From Ruania sp. (GTDB lineage Bacteria > Actinomycetota > Actinomycetes > Actinomycetales > Beutenbergiaceae): a DNA stretch of 50,228 bases. The position numbers and the translations under genes were made by a program. The stretch covers positions 1 to 50,228 of the forward strand of contig DATGRZ010000069.1 of NCBI GenBank assembly GCA_035303065.1. Direction: 5' to 3'. The notes beneath the pieces are model-generated. The model was not told the DNA's origin. It saw nothing but the letters and a program-made list of their open reading frames with translations, and searched no databases. Positions 19,866 to 29,366 of this stretch are shown piece by piece. How positions within the stretch are numbered: the stretch's first letter is position 1; each line of letters begins with the position of its first letter.

Positions 19866-19911
19866 CACCTCCTCTGGTCTCAGCGGTCACGGTCCTTCCG
19901 TGACAGGAGGG
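19866..19911 (-). promoter_or_regulatory. S6:S18-binding rpsF leader RNA
   Basis: CCCTCCT-GTCACGG-AAGGA-CCGTGAC-CGCTGAGACC-AGAGGAGG: hairpin, CCG motif, and CCTCCT pairing with the SD, as in the known S6:S18 leader. Confidence 0.75.
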
Positions 19912-20051
19912 TGATGCGTGCTCTCACAGCTACGCCGGCCACGGCAGTCACCGAGGTCGGCGCAGAAGAAGATGCCGGGCCAGTCTACCGGACGAGGTGG
20001 TCGGCCAGGACGTGATGTGGACGACGGCGCCGCCCCCTTGGTCGACCCGTT

Positions 20052-20123
20052 GCGTTGGAACACCGTTGCACCATTCGAACCGGGATGTATCGGTGTTCCA
20101 ACGCGCTAACGGTGTTCCAATGC
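20052..20123. repeat. REP-like inverted repeat with a duplicated right arm
   Basis: GCGTTGGAACACCG (20052) pairs with CGGTGTTCCAACGC (20091); TTGGAACACCGTT (20055) pairs with AACGGTGTTCCAA (20108). Confidence 0.7.
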
Positions 20124-20220
20124 CTCCGCCGCCGTCGAGCGCAACCCTGGGAGTGCCTCCGCCGCCGTCGAGCGCAACCCGGGGAGTGCCTCCGCCGCCG
20201 TCGAGCGCTACCCGGCGAAG
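20121..20220. repeat. 33-bp tandem repeat x3 overlapping the ponA stop codon
   Basis: tgcctccgccgccgtcgagcgcaaccc(t/g)gggag at 20121 and 20154; a diverged third copy at 20187. Confidence 0.9.
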
Positions 20221-22802
20221 AGCTCCTCGAGCAAGCTCCGTGCCTCGCGGCTGCCCTCCTGCTGACCGGCACTGCCCTCCTGGTTGCCGCCACCACCGCT
20301 GTCCCCACCGTCGTCGTCCCCATTGTCGTCACCGTCGGAGCCGTCGTCCGAACCATCCTCGGGCGGCTCCTCGGTGGGCTGATCCGTCGGCTCCTCGGAC
20401 GGCTCGTCAGAGGGTTCCTCGCTGCTGGGCTCCTCGGAGGGCTCGTCAGAGGGTTCCTCGGTCGTCGGCTCCTCGGACGGCTCCTCGCTCGGCTCCTCCG
20501 ACTCCTCTTCGCTCGGCTCCTCGCTGGGCTCCTCCGTCTGCGGCTGCGTGGGCTGCTGGGTGGCCGGCGGCACGTAGGCCTGCTCCGGTTCGGTACGGTC
20601 CGGGAACTCCTCCACCGGCAGGTCCGCCACGGCCTCGGTCATGTACTCGGTCCAGATATCGGTGGGATAGCTACCACCCGAGATCGGGGCGACCCCACCC
20701 CAGCCCTCGGTCATCGAGATCTCCTCGCCATCCTCACCCACCTGGTACATCGCCACCGATGTGGTGATCTGCGGGACGAAACCGACGAACCAGGCCGACT
20801 TGTAGTCATTCGAGCTGCCGGTCTTGCCTGCTGCCGGACGGCCGATCTCCGCGGCGGTGTGCCCGGTCCCGCCCTGCACCACCTGCTGCATCGCGTAGGT
20901 GGCGTCGGCGATCACGTCCTCCTGAACCTCCCGCTCGCCGTCGTCACCGCCGGTGTAGAGGGTCTCCTCGTCGGAGTTGGTGACGCTGCTGACGATGAAC
21001 CGGTCGTGGTGCACACCCCCGGAAGCGATCGTGGAGTACGCCTCGGCCATGTCCGCCGGGTGCGGGGAGGCGGTTCCGAGCACGTTCGACAGGTAGGGAT
21101 CCAGACCGTTCATGCCCTCCGGCAGGCCGAGCCGCTCGGCCACGTCCACCAGCTTCTCCGGCCCGGTCTGGTCGTTGAGCTGCACGTACACGGTGTTCAC
21201 CGAGTACTTGGTCGCCGTCACCAGGTCGATGTACCCCCGGTTGATGGTGTCGAAGTTCGGCACGGTGTAGCCGTCGATCGTCATCGGCGAGTAGCTTGCG
21301 AACCGGTCGTCGAGCGTCGCCCCGTTCTCCAGGGCGGCGATCAGCGCGAACACCTTGAACGTGGACCCACCCTGGGCCACGTCCTGCGTGGCATTGTTCC
21401 GTTGCCGCTCCAGGAAGTCGTGCCCACCGTAGAGCGCGAGGATGCCGCCGGTGTCGTTGTCGATCGAGGTGAGGGCCACGCGCACGTTGTCCGGGGTGTC
21501 CTCCGGGAGATCCTCCGACGCCTGCACCGCCTGCTCCTGCAGGTCGGCGTCGATGGTGGAGGTGATCGACAGGCCGCCGCCGTCGATGTCGTCCTCGGTG
21601 AACCCGTGCGCAAGCAGCTCGTCTCGGATCATCACCAGCAGATAGCCGTTCGGTCCGGCGTAGACGTCCGAGCCGCCGGGGTCGACCACGTCCGGGAACT
21701 CCTGCTCGTCTGCTTCAGCCTGCGTGATGTAGTCGTTGGAGACCATGTAGTCGAGGGTGCGCTGCCACCGGACCTGCGCCTGGTCCGGGTTGGTGGCCGG
21801 GTCCCAGTTGCCGGGTGAGGGAATGATGCCGGCGATCAGCGCCGACTCCGAGAGGGTCAGCTCCGACGCGGAGTGGCCGAAGAACTCCTGGGAGGCTCGC
21901 TCGATCCCGTAGGCACCACGACCGAAGTAGATCGTGTTCATGTAGTTGCCGAGAATCTCGGACTTGCTCTGCTGCTGGTCGATCTTGAGCGCCAGGATCG
22001 CCTCGCGGAACTTGTCCGCGTACCCGTCGGTCTGCCCGGTGTAGTAACGCTCGACGTACTGCATGGTGAGCGTGGAGCCGCCCTGCGTGCTGTTCCCGCG
22101 CAGGTTGTTCCACAACGCACGCAGGATGCCGACCGGGTCCACACCCACGTTGGAGTAGAACCGCCGGTCCTCGCTGGCCACGATCGCCTCACCGACGTGG
22201 TCGGGGAGCGTGCTGGGATCGATGATCTCCCGGTCGACGTCCGCGAACGTGCCCATCGCAGTCTCACCGTCGGCGTAGTACACCGTGGAACCCTGTGCGA
22301 GGGCGAAGTCGTCCGGTTCCGGTACGTCGATCATCAAGTAGGCGACGAAGAACAGCACCACGCCGAGCAGGCCGCAGGTAAGGATCGAACCGACCACGAA
22401 GCGCCAGCTAGGCAACCAGCGGTGGATCGGGCCCTTGTTCGGGCGCGGGTAGTTCCAGAACCGGTTCGGTTCCTGGTAGGGACGACCCTTGTACCCCTTC
22501 TTCGGGGACCCGGCAGCCGCCGAACCCGATGCAGACGACGTCCCGGAGGACCCGCGCCGCGACGACCTGGACCCAGCTCCGGACCCGGTGCCGGCCGCTG
22601 TCCGGGAGGCTCCGCCGTCACCGGCCGCGCTGGACGTGCGCTTCCACGCCGGTCGCGCAGATCCCGAGGACCCCGAGCTCGTGGCCGCGGACCGGGGCCG
22701 CGACGTACCGGAGGAGCCCTGCTGGGAGCGGTCGTGCACGCTGCGACGGGTCGGCTTGCTCTCACCTGACCCGCCGGATCCCGATCCGCGTCCTTCTGCC
22801 AC
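20208..22802 (-). CDS. ponA: class A penicillin-binding protein (transglycosylase/transpeptidase)
   Basis: EDRRFY, QGGSTLTMQY, YMNTIYFG transglycosylase motifs; STFK, SVN, KTG transpeptidase motifs; acidic SEEP-repeat tail; AGGAG RBS. Confidence 0.95.
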   Translation of the reverse strand: MAEGRGSGSGGSGESKPTRRSVHDRSQQGSSGTSRPRSAATSSGSSGSARPAWKRTSSAAGDGGASRTAAGTGSGAGSRSSRRGSSGTSSASGSAAAGSPKKGYKGRPYQEPNRFWNYPRPNKGPIHRWLPSWRFVVGSILTCGLLGVVLFFVAYLMIDVPEPDDFALAQGSTVYYADGETAMGTFADVDREIIDPSTLPDHVGEAIVASEDRRFYSNVGVDPVGILRALWNNLRGNSTQGGSTLTMQYVERYYTGQTDGYADKFREAILALKIDQQQSKSEILGNYMNTIYFGRGAYGIERASQEFFGHSASELTLSESALIAGIIPSPGNWDPATNPDQAQVRWQRTLDYMVSNDYITQAEADEQEFPDVVDPGGSDVYAGPNGYLLVMIRDELLAHGFTEDDIDGGGLSITSTIDADLQEQAVQASEDLPEDTPDNVRVALTSIDNDTGGILALYGGHDFLERQRNNATQDVAQGGSTFKVFALIAALENGATLDDRFASYSPMTIDGYTVPNFDTINRGYIDLVTATKYSVNTVYVQLNDQTGPEKLVDVAERLGLPEGMNGLDPYLSNVLGTASPHPADMAEAYSTIASGGVHHDRFIVSSVTNSDEETLYTGGDDGEREVQEDVIADATYAMQQVVQGGTGHTAAEIGRPAAGKTGSSNDYKSAWFVGFVPQITTSVAMYQVGEDGEEISMTEGWGGVAPISGGSYPTDIWTEYMTEAVADLPVEEFPDRTEPEQAYVPPATQQPTQPQTEEPSEEPSEEESEEPSEEPSEEPTTEEPSDEPSEEPSSEEPSDEPSEEPTDQPTEEPPEDGSDDGSDGDDNGDDDGGDSGGGGNQEGSAGQQEGSREARSLLEELFAG

Positions 22803-23004
22803 TGTGGCCCTCTCCTGTCGCTGGTCTGCCCCCGGCCCCCCAGACCTGTCGCCCCACAGTATGCGCGGAAAGGCTGGGAATCCGCGCGCCAGAACCGGTT
22901 TTCACCGAGTCCGCACAGAATCCGCTACGTGCGGGTGAGCACCGCCACAGCCGACACGCTGCACACAAACGGCACCTGACATTTGACCCGATTGTTCGCT
23001 TTCC

Positions 23005-23021
23005 TGTATCAATGCGATACA
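23005..23021. promoter_or_regulatory. palindromic operator upstream of padR-ino1
   Basis: TGTATC-AATGC-GATACA overlapping the probable -10, with TTGACC -35 at 22983. Confidence 0.55.
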
Positions 23022-23034
23022 TCGGAGGTGATGA

Positions 23035-23616
23035 GTGTCCACGCGCGGTGAAGTGCTCGAGCTGGCGATCCTGGGGCGACTGCAGGAGGCGCCGATGCAC
23101 GGGTACGAGCTGCGCAAGCACCTGAACGTCACCCTCGGCACCATCCGCACCCTTTCCTACGGATCGCTGTACCCGTGCCTGAAGGCGCTGGTCGCCGGCG
23201 GCTGGATCGAGCAGGCGGACACTGCCGCCCCGCCGCATGCGCTGGCCGGCCGGCGGGCCCGGATCGTCTACCGGCTCACCACTGCCGGCAAGGAGCGCCT
23301 GGCCGACTCCCTGGCCCAGACCGGCCCGGCAGCGTGGGAGGACGAGTCGTTCGCGGTGCGGTTCTCCCTGTTCCACGAGACCGACCCGCAGACCCGCCTG
23401 CAGCTCCTCGAGGGCCGCCGCGCCCGGATGCTGCAGCGCCGTGCCTCGATGCGCGAGCAGGTACGGGCCGGCCGCGAGCGCCGCGACCGCTACACCCTCG
23501 AGCTGCAGCGGCACGGGCTGGACCTGATCGAGAAGGAGATCGGCTGGCTCGAGGAGCTGATCGTGGCCGAACGCACTGACGACCCCCGGCAAGACAACCC
23601 TGAGGAGAATCCATGA
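23035..23616 (+). CDS. PadR family transcriptional regulator
   Basis: LELAILG.L...PMHGYEL...[10 protein letters not shown]...G; Y.LT.AG; conserved position before ino1. Confidence 0.95.
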   Translation: MSTRGEVLELAILGRLQEAPMHGYELRKHLNVTLGTIRTLSYGSLYPCLKALVAGGWIEQADTAAPPHALAGRRARIVYRLTTAGKERLADSLAQTGPAAWEDESFAVRFSLFHETDPQTRLQLLEGRRARMLQRRASMREQVRAGRERRDRYTLELQRHGLDLIEKEIGWLEELIVAERTDDPRQDNPEENP

Positions 23617-24704
23617 CCAGCATCCGCGTAGCGATCGCGGGAGTCGGCAACTGCGCCGCATCCCTGGTGCAGGGCGCGCACTTCTACGCCGGCACCGACC
23701 CGGCCGGCACCGTGCCCGGCCTGATGCACGTGCAGTTCGGTCCGTACCACGTGCGGGACATCGAGTTCGTGGCCGCCTTCGACGTGGACGCGAAGAAGGT
23801 CGGCTTCGACCTGTCCGAGGCGATCGTGGCCAGCGAGAACAACACCATCTCGATCGCAGACGTGCCCCCGCTCGGGGTGAGTGTGCAGCGTGGCCCGAGC
23901 CTGGACGGCCTGGGCAGGTACTACGGGGAGACGATCGAGGAATCGGCGAGCTCCGCCGTCGACGTGGCCCAGGTGTTGCGGGACGCCAAGGCGGACGTGC
24001 TGGTCTGCTACCTGCCGGTGGGTTCGGAGGCGGCTGCCAAGCACTATGCGCAGGCGGCGCTGGACGCCGGGGTGGCGTTCGTGAACGCACTGCCGGTGTT
24101 CATCGCCAGCGACCCGGAGTGGGCGGCGAAGTTCACCGAGGCCGGGGTGCCGATCGTCGGTGACGACATCAAGTCCCAGGTCGGCGCCACGATCACCCAC
24201 CGGGTGCTGGCCAAGCTGTTCGAGGACCGCGGGGTGGCCCTGGACCGGACCTACCAGCTGAACGTCGGCGGCAACATGGACTTCAAGAACATGCTCGAGC
24301 GGGAGCGGCTGGAGTCGAAGAAGGTCTCTAAGACCCAGTCGGTCACCTCCAACCTCACCGGGTCGCTGGCCGGGAAGAAGGAGGACCGGAACGTGCACAT
24401 CGGGCCCTCGGACTACGTGCCCTGGTTGGACGACCGGAAGTGGGCGTACGTACGGCTGGAGGGCCGGGCGTTCGGGGAGGTGCCGCTGAACCTGGAGTAC
24501 AAGCTCGAGGTGTGGGACTCGCCGAACTCCGCCGGGATCATCATCGATGCCCTGCGCGCGGCGAAGATCGCCAAGGACCGCGGCCTGGGCGGACCGGTGC
24601 TGTCCGCCTCGAGCTACTTCATGAAGTCCCCGCCGGAGCAGTACGACGACAGCACCGCCCGGGCGCGGGTGGAGGAGTTCATCACCGGCGACGCCGAGCG
24701 CTGA
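23613..24704 (+). CDS. ino1: myo-inositol-1-phosphate synthase
   Basis: [46 protein letters not shown]. Confidence 0.97.
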   Translation: MTSIRVAIAGVGNCAASLVQGAHFYAGTDPAGTVPGLMHVQFGPYHVRDIEFVAAFDVDAKKVGFDLSEAIVASENNTISIADVPPLGVSVQRGPSLDGLGRYYGETIEESASSAVDVAQVLRDAKADVLVCYLPVGSEAAAKHYAQAALDAGVAFVNALPVFIASDPEWAAKFTEAGVPIVGDDIKSQVGATITHRVLAKLFEDRGVALDRTYQLNVGGNMDFKNMLERERLESKKVSKTQSVTSNLTGSLAGKKEDRNVHIGPSDYVPWLDDRKWAYVRLEGRAFGEVPLNLEYKLEVWDSPNSAGIIIDALRAAKIAKDRGLGGPVLSASSYFMKSPPEQYDDSTARARVEEFITGDAER

Positions 24705-24731
24705 CCCCCGCCTGGCTCCGGCGCCTAGGTG

Positions 24732-24782
24732 AGACTGCTCGTCGATCTGGTCACGATTCGTGGCCAGGTCGACGAGCAGTCT
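24732..24782. repeat. 25-bp-arm near-perfect palindrome (terminator or REP-like) after ino1
   Basis: agactgctcgtcgatctggtcacga / tcgtggccaggtcgacgagcagtct; both deviations are G-U compatible on the + strand. Confidence 0.75.
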
Positions 24783-24868
24783 TGGTCCTGGGCGGCGCCG
24801 GTCGCGGGGCGGGATGATGCCGTGGGCGGCGATCCAGCTGTGTGCCAGGCGAATCGCCCAGGGCACGC

Positions 24869-25126
24869 TCAGTCGAAGAGCTCCTCCAACCAGCTCCGCC
24901 GCCGGCGGCGCCCACCACCGCGGTAGTAGTCCTCGGGCGACGGAGCAGGCGGTGCCGACCCGGCAAAGCCCCGGCGGGCCTGCGGCGGGTGCGGCCGGTA
25001 CCCGGGTCCCGGCGCAGCAGGTGGTTCCCAGGTGGCAACTGCGCACGCGACACGCCTCCGCACCGGCCCGGTCGGGACCTGCACGTGCGGGTATCGGTAG
25101 CGTGGCCCCTCGACACGCCGAGACAA
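24869..25126 (-). pseudogene. small ORF or remnant resembling the C-terminus of zf-TFIIB-domain proteins
   Basis: Pro/Tyr/Gly-rich stretch ending YYRGGGRRRRRSWLEELFD*; no in-frame zinc ribbon; start uncertain. Confidence 0.4.
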
Positions 25127-25141
25127 CGTAAGGAAGCGACC

Positions 25142-26560
25142 ATGTCGGCGAACGCCGATCCCGCTGCACCTCCCAGACTCGAGCTCTACGGCGGCCGCTG
25201 GACCGCCCTGATCCCCGCCCTGGTGCTCATCGCCGTGATGTGCATCCTGTCCTTCGCCGAGCGCGCGGCAGTGCCCGCGTTCTGGGTCGGCGGCTTCGCT
25301 GCCCTGGTGGTGGGCCTTGCTCTGGCGCGCAACCGCACGGCTTTCGCTGAGACCGTGGTGCGCGGCATGGCCGACCGGACCGGCGCCGTCGTGATCATCG
25401 CGTTCATCTTCGCCGGCATCTTCGGCACGATCATGAAGGCCGCCGGCCTGGTGGACGGGCTGCTCTGGCTCGGGCTGCAGACCGGGCTCACCGGTGCCGC
25501 GTTCACCGTGCTCACCTTCCTGCTCGCCTGCATCTTCGGCGCGGGCACAGGTACGAGCGTGGGCACCGTGCTGGCGATGGTGCCGGTGCTCTACCCGGCC
25601 GGGGTGTTCCTCGGCGCGGACCCGACCATGCTCGCGCTCGCGCTGATCGCCGGCGGCGCCTTCGGTGACAACCTCGCCCCGGTCTCGGACACCACGATCA
25701 CCTCCGCCTACACCCAGGACGCGGAGATGGGCGACGTGGTGCGCACCCGGCTGCCGCTGGCACTGGTCGCAGCTGCCGCATCGGCGGTGGTGTTCGCGTT
25801 CACCGGCGGTGGCGGCACCGTGCAGGAGTCACCACTGACCAACGAGGCCGCACCGATCGGGCTGCTGCAAGTGATCCCGTTCGCCATCGTGATCGTGCTG
25901 GCGATGCGCAAGCAGCACATCATCGTCTCCCTCACCTGGGGCATCGTCGGGGCGATCGTGATCGGGCTGATCACCGGCGGCCTCGAGGCGGGCGAAATCT
26001 TCTCCATCCCACCGGACCGGGACACCTCCACCGGGCTGATCCAGGACGGGATCGCCAGCGTGACCGGGGTGGTGATGCTGGTGCTGCTGATCATGGCACT
26101 GGCCCAGGTGCTCGCCGAGAGCGGCCTGATGGCGGCCGTGCTGGAGCGGTTGCAGAAGAGCGCTGCCCGCGGGGTGCGTTCTGCCGAGCTGACCATCATC
26201 GCCATCACGATCCTGTTCACCATCCCGCTGGGCGCGAACGCCCCGGCGATCCTGCTGGTCGGACCCACGATCGGCAAACCGCTCGGCGAGAAGTACTCCC
26301 TCAGCCCCGCCCGCCGGGCGAACCTGCTGGACTGCTCGGCGTGCACGATGTTCTACATGCTCCCCTGGCACAACGCGGTGATCGTCTGGTTCGCCACCAC
26401 AGTGGCCACCGCCTCGGAGTTCGGCATCGACGCACCGGAGATCACCGCCGCGTTCCTCAACCCCTACGCCTGGGCGCTGCTGGTGGTGATCGTGGTCTCG
26501 GCGATCACCGGGTGGAACCGCAGCTACCAGCGGACCGACGAACCGGCGCCGGCGCCGTGA
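25142..26560 (+). CDS. Na+/H+ antiporter NhaC family transporter (probably an amino-acid/solute carrier)
   Basis: GTGTSVGT, GGAFGDNLAPVSDTTI.SA motifs; AAGGAAG RBS before ATG 25142. Confidence 0.9.
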   Translation: MSANADPAAPPRLELYGGRWTALIPALVLIAVMCILSFAERAAVPAFWVGGFAALVVGLALARNRTAFAETVVRGMADRTGAVVIIAFIFAGIFGTIMKAAGLVDGLLWLGLQTGLTGAAFTVLTFLLACIFGAGTGTSVGTVLAMVPVLYPAGVFLGADPTMLALALIAGGAFGDNLAPVSDTTITSAYTQDAEMGDVVRTRLPLALVAAAASAVVFAFTGGGGTVQESPLTNEAAPIGLLQVIPFAIVIVLAMRKQHIIVSLTWGIVGAIVIGLITGGLEAGEIFSIPPDRDTSTGLIQDGIASVTGVVMLVLLIMALAQVLAESGLMAAVLERLQKSAARGVRSAELTIIAITILFTIPLGANAPAILLVGPTIGKPLGEKYSLSPARRANLLDCSACTMFYMLPWHNAVIVWFATTVATASEFGIDAPEITAAFLNPYAWALLVVIVVSAITGWNRSYQRTDEPAPAP

Positions 26561-27306
26561 GCGAGCAGCCGCTCCGCGGCAGCGCCGAGGGCCGGCCGGT
26601 CATCGGCGTGCTCGGCGGGATGGGACCGGCGGCCACCGCCCACTTCCAGACCCGGCTGGTCGAGCTCACCGACGCCGCCCAGGATGCCGACCATCCCACG
26701 GTGGTCACCTGGTCCGATCCGGGTGTACCGGACCGGGTGGCAGCGCTGCGCGGCGCCGGTCCGAGCCCGGTACCGATGCTCCGTGCCGGGCTGGGTGTGC
26801 TCGCCGCTGCTGGTGCCCAGGTGCTCGCCGTGCCGTGCAACACCGTGCACCCGTTCCTGCCGGAAGCGCTGGGCGGTTTCGACCAGCTGCACCTGGTGGA
26901 CATGATCGAGGCCGCCGCCGAGGAGGTAGCCGCCGCGGGGTGGTCCACTGTGGCGGTGCTGGCCACGGCCGCCACCTTGGAGCACGGTATGTACTCCCGT
27001 GCCCTTGCCCCCCGGTCGGTGCGCTCCCACACCCCCGGGCCGCGCACCCAGCCGGCGGTGCTGGAGCTGATCGCCGCGGTGAAGGCAGGCACGCCGGTGC
27101 GCGGGCTGGCCGGCGAGTACCGGCGGCTGGTCGCCGAGCTCGCCGAGACCGGGTGCGACGGCGTGCTGGTGGCGTGCTCGGAGATCTCCGCCGTGGCAGC
27201 AGCATCCGCAGGCGAGGGTACGGCGCTCTCGCTGCCGTCAGTGGATGCCGTAGATGCGCTGGCGCGGGCAGCCCTGCGGGCCGCCGGGTTCAGTCCGGAA
27301 CAGTGA
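26557..27306 (+). CDS. aspartate/glutamate racemase family protein
   Basis: IGVLGGMGPAAT, VPDR, VPCNT and VACSEI (both catalytic Cys); GTGA overlap with the upstream stop. Confidence 0.92.
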   Translation: MSEQPLRGSAEGRPVIGVLGGMGPAATAHFQTRLVELTDAAQDADHPTVVTWSDPGVPDRVAALRGAGPSPVPMLRAGLGVLAAAGAQVLAVPCNTVHPFLPEALGGFDQLHLVDMIEAAAEEVAAAGWSTVAVLATAATLEHGMYSRALAPRSVRSHTPGPRTQPAVLELIAAVKAGTPVRGLAGEYRRLVAELAETGCDGVLVACSEISAVAAASAGEGTALSLPSVDAVDALARAALRAAGFSPEQ

Positions 27307-28573
27307 ACCGCTCGTCCAGGTGCGCCCGGAGCACATCGTCGTCCAGGGTGCCGCCGCGGACCATCACCCCGTACGACAGGCCACCCTCGCCGGAGGGGTT
27401 CGCCCGCGCGTCAGCGACCGCTTCGTCCAGGTCAGCCAGCAACGTGTCCAGCACCGCCGCATGCCGCGGAAAGGTGACGAAGTGCAGGCTGGATGGTTCC
27501 TCCTGGGTGTCGATCCACCAGCCGCGCTCGCCCATCGCACCGGCGAGCGCCGGCACGGAGATCTCCGGGTGGGCGGCGGCGAACACCCCCATCGGCGGTT
27601 CCCCGAGCACCTGGAAGCCGTGCTCCGCCAGACCAGCCTGGATCGCCCGCGCAGTACCCATCACCTGGGCGACCAGCTCCGCGTAGCCGGACCGGCCCAA
27701 GGCGCGCATCGCCGTCCAGGCCGCGGCTGCCGCACCGACCGGCCGGGTGCCGACCACCCCGGAGGCCGCATACGCCCCACCGGGCCAACCGGTGGACACG
27801 AAGTAGCTCGCGTGCCGCAGCTCCGGCTCACCGAACAGCAGCACGGAGGCCCCCTTGGCGCCGTAACCGTACTTGTGCAGGTCCACCGACACCGAGGTCA
27901 CCCCAGGCACGTCCAGGCCGAACTGCGGTGGCCGCACCCCGGCGGCGTCCAGGAACGGCAGGAACAGCCCACCCATCGCGGCATCCACGTGCACGCCGAT
28001 GCCGCGCGCGGCGGCCTGCTCGGCGACTTCGGCGACCGGGTCCACCACCCCGTAGGGGAAGCACGGCGCAGACAGGCAGATCGCTGCGGTGTCCGGTCCG
28101 GCGGCAGCCAGCAGCTCGGCCACGTCCGGCAGCCCGTCGGCGCCCACCGGCACCAGGGTCAGCTCGAGGCCGAGGTAGTCCGCCGCCTTCCAGAAGCCGG
28201 GGTGGGCGGTCACCGGCATCACCAGCGTGCGGCCCCGACCGGCGTCCCGGTAGCCCTTCATCGCCACCATGATCGACTCGGTGCCACCGGTGGTGAACAC
28301 CCCGTAGGCCGGGCTCTGCGGCGCGACCACAGAGGCGACCATCGCGACCACCTCGGACTCGAAGTGCTGCGTGGAGGGGAAGGCGGAGGCGGACAGGGCG
28401 TTCTCGTGCGCGAACCGCGCCGCCGCCTCGTCCACCAGGTCCTGGTGCCAGTCCGGGGAATCGTACACCAGCGACCAGGAGCGGCCACCGCGCCAGTCCA
28501 CATCACCTGCGCTGGCCTCGGTCCAGGCTGTGCGCACCTCGTGCGGGGACAGTCCGCGCTCAGGAAGTCTCAC
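27290..28573 (-). CDS. PLP-dependent group II decarboxylase/sphingosine-1-phosphate-lyase-like protein
   Basis: WRGGRSWSLVY, TTGGTESI, HVDAAMGG, SVDLHKYGYGAKG (PLP Lys); GTG 28573 overlaps the upstream stop. Confidence 0.88.
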   Translation of the reverse strand: MRLPERGLSPHEVRTAWTEASAGDVDWRGGRSWSLVYDSPDWHQDLVDEAAARFAHENALSASAFPSTQHFESEVVAMVASVVAPQSPAYGVFTTGGTESIMVAMKGYRDAGRGRTLVMPVTAHPGFWKAADYLGLELTLVPVGADGLPDVAELLAAAGPDTAAICLSAPCFPYGVVDPVAEVAEQAAARGIGVHVDAAMGGLFLPFLDAAGVRPPQFGLDVPGVTSVSVDLHKYGYGAKGASVLLFGEPELRHASYFVSTGWPGGAYAASGVVGTRPVGAAAAAWTAMRALGRSGYAELVAQVMGTARAIQAGLAEHGFQVLGEPPMGVFAAAHPEISVPALAGAMGERGWWIDTQEEPSSLHFVTFPRHAAVLDTLLADLDEAVADARANPSGEGGLSYGVMVRGGTLDDDVLRAHLDERFTVPD

Positions 28574-29262
28574 TGTTCGACCATACCCACGCCACCCTCC
28601 CGGTCGCGGACGCCGAAGCGGATCAGCAGACGGCGCAGCGGACCGGTGAGCACCATGAGGAACAGGAAGAAATAGCTCACCTGCGGTGCCAGCTCTGCGA
28701 GCGCCAGGGCAAGGGTGAACAACAGCGACATGGCCAGCGGTGCGGCCAGCAGGGTCCGGTCCGGGGTCACCAGCTTCGCGCGGCGCCGGCCGGTCAGCTC
28801 CAGGCCGGTCAGCACCAGCAGCAGCCAGCTGCTCAGGGCCAGGGTGCCGATGTACAGCGCGATCATCACCCGGTCGGTCGGCATCGACGACCCGGTCATC
28901 GCCGTGACCACCGGCAGGAACACGATCGTGGCCATCCAGGCCAGGTTCACCACCGCCCGGCGCCCGTCGTGCGGGGTGTCCGCCCGGAAGACGCGGTGGT
29001 GGATGAACCAGAACATGCCGATCAGCACGAAGCTGAGCCCGAACGCGAGGAACTGCCCCTCGTGCTCGACCAGCAGCCGACCAGCGGTGAGGTGCTGCTC
29101 GGCGGCCTCGGGCACCAGCTCCATCAGCGGCAGGATCAGCAGGGTCATCGCGATCGCCACCACAGCGTCGGTGAACGCCCCGTACCGGGCGCTGGTCGCC
29201 TGCAGGCTGCGCGGCTCGCCAGGGGGTTCCTGCGTGCCGTGGCCAGAAAATGTCTCTGTCAT
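28570..29262 (-). CDS. TMEM175 (DUF1211) family K+ channel-like membrane protein
   Basis: R..AFTDAVVAIAMTLLILPL, SF.LI..FW..HHR.F, FLP..T. Confidence 0.9.
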   Translation of the reverse strand: MTETFSGHGTQEPPGEPRSLQATSARYGAFTDAVVAIAMTLLILPLMELVPEAAEQHLTAGRLLVEHEGQFLAFGLSFVLIGMFWFIHHRVFRADTPHDGRRAVVNLAWMATIVFLPVVTAMTGSSMPTDRVMIALYIGTLALSSWLLLVLTGLELTGRRRAKLVTPDRTLLAAPLAMSLLFTLALALAELAPQVSYFFLFLMVLTGPLRRLLIRFGVRDREGGVGMVEQ

Positions 29263-29318
29263 CGCTGCCTCGTTCTCCGCTCGGACCCACCCAGCGTAGA
29301 ACTGCGTCCCGAGCAGGA

Positions 29319-29366
29319 AGTACGACGGCGGACCTCACCTGGGCAGGTGAGGTCCGCCGTCGTACT
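29319..29366. repeat. perfect 23-bp-arm palindrome
   Basis: agtacgacggcggacctcacctg-gg-caggtgaggtccgccgtcgtact. Confidence 0.9.

Noticed and set aside
20121-20220. 33-bp repeats as a CRISPR array
   Set aside because: Units are head-to-tail with no unique spacers, and there are no cas genes.
27290-29338. 682-aa ORF as a single fusion protein
   Set aside because: The N-terminal part is an alternative frame over the TMEM175 gene; the PLP enzyme starts at GTG 28573.
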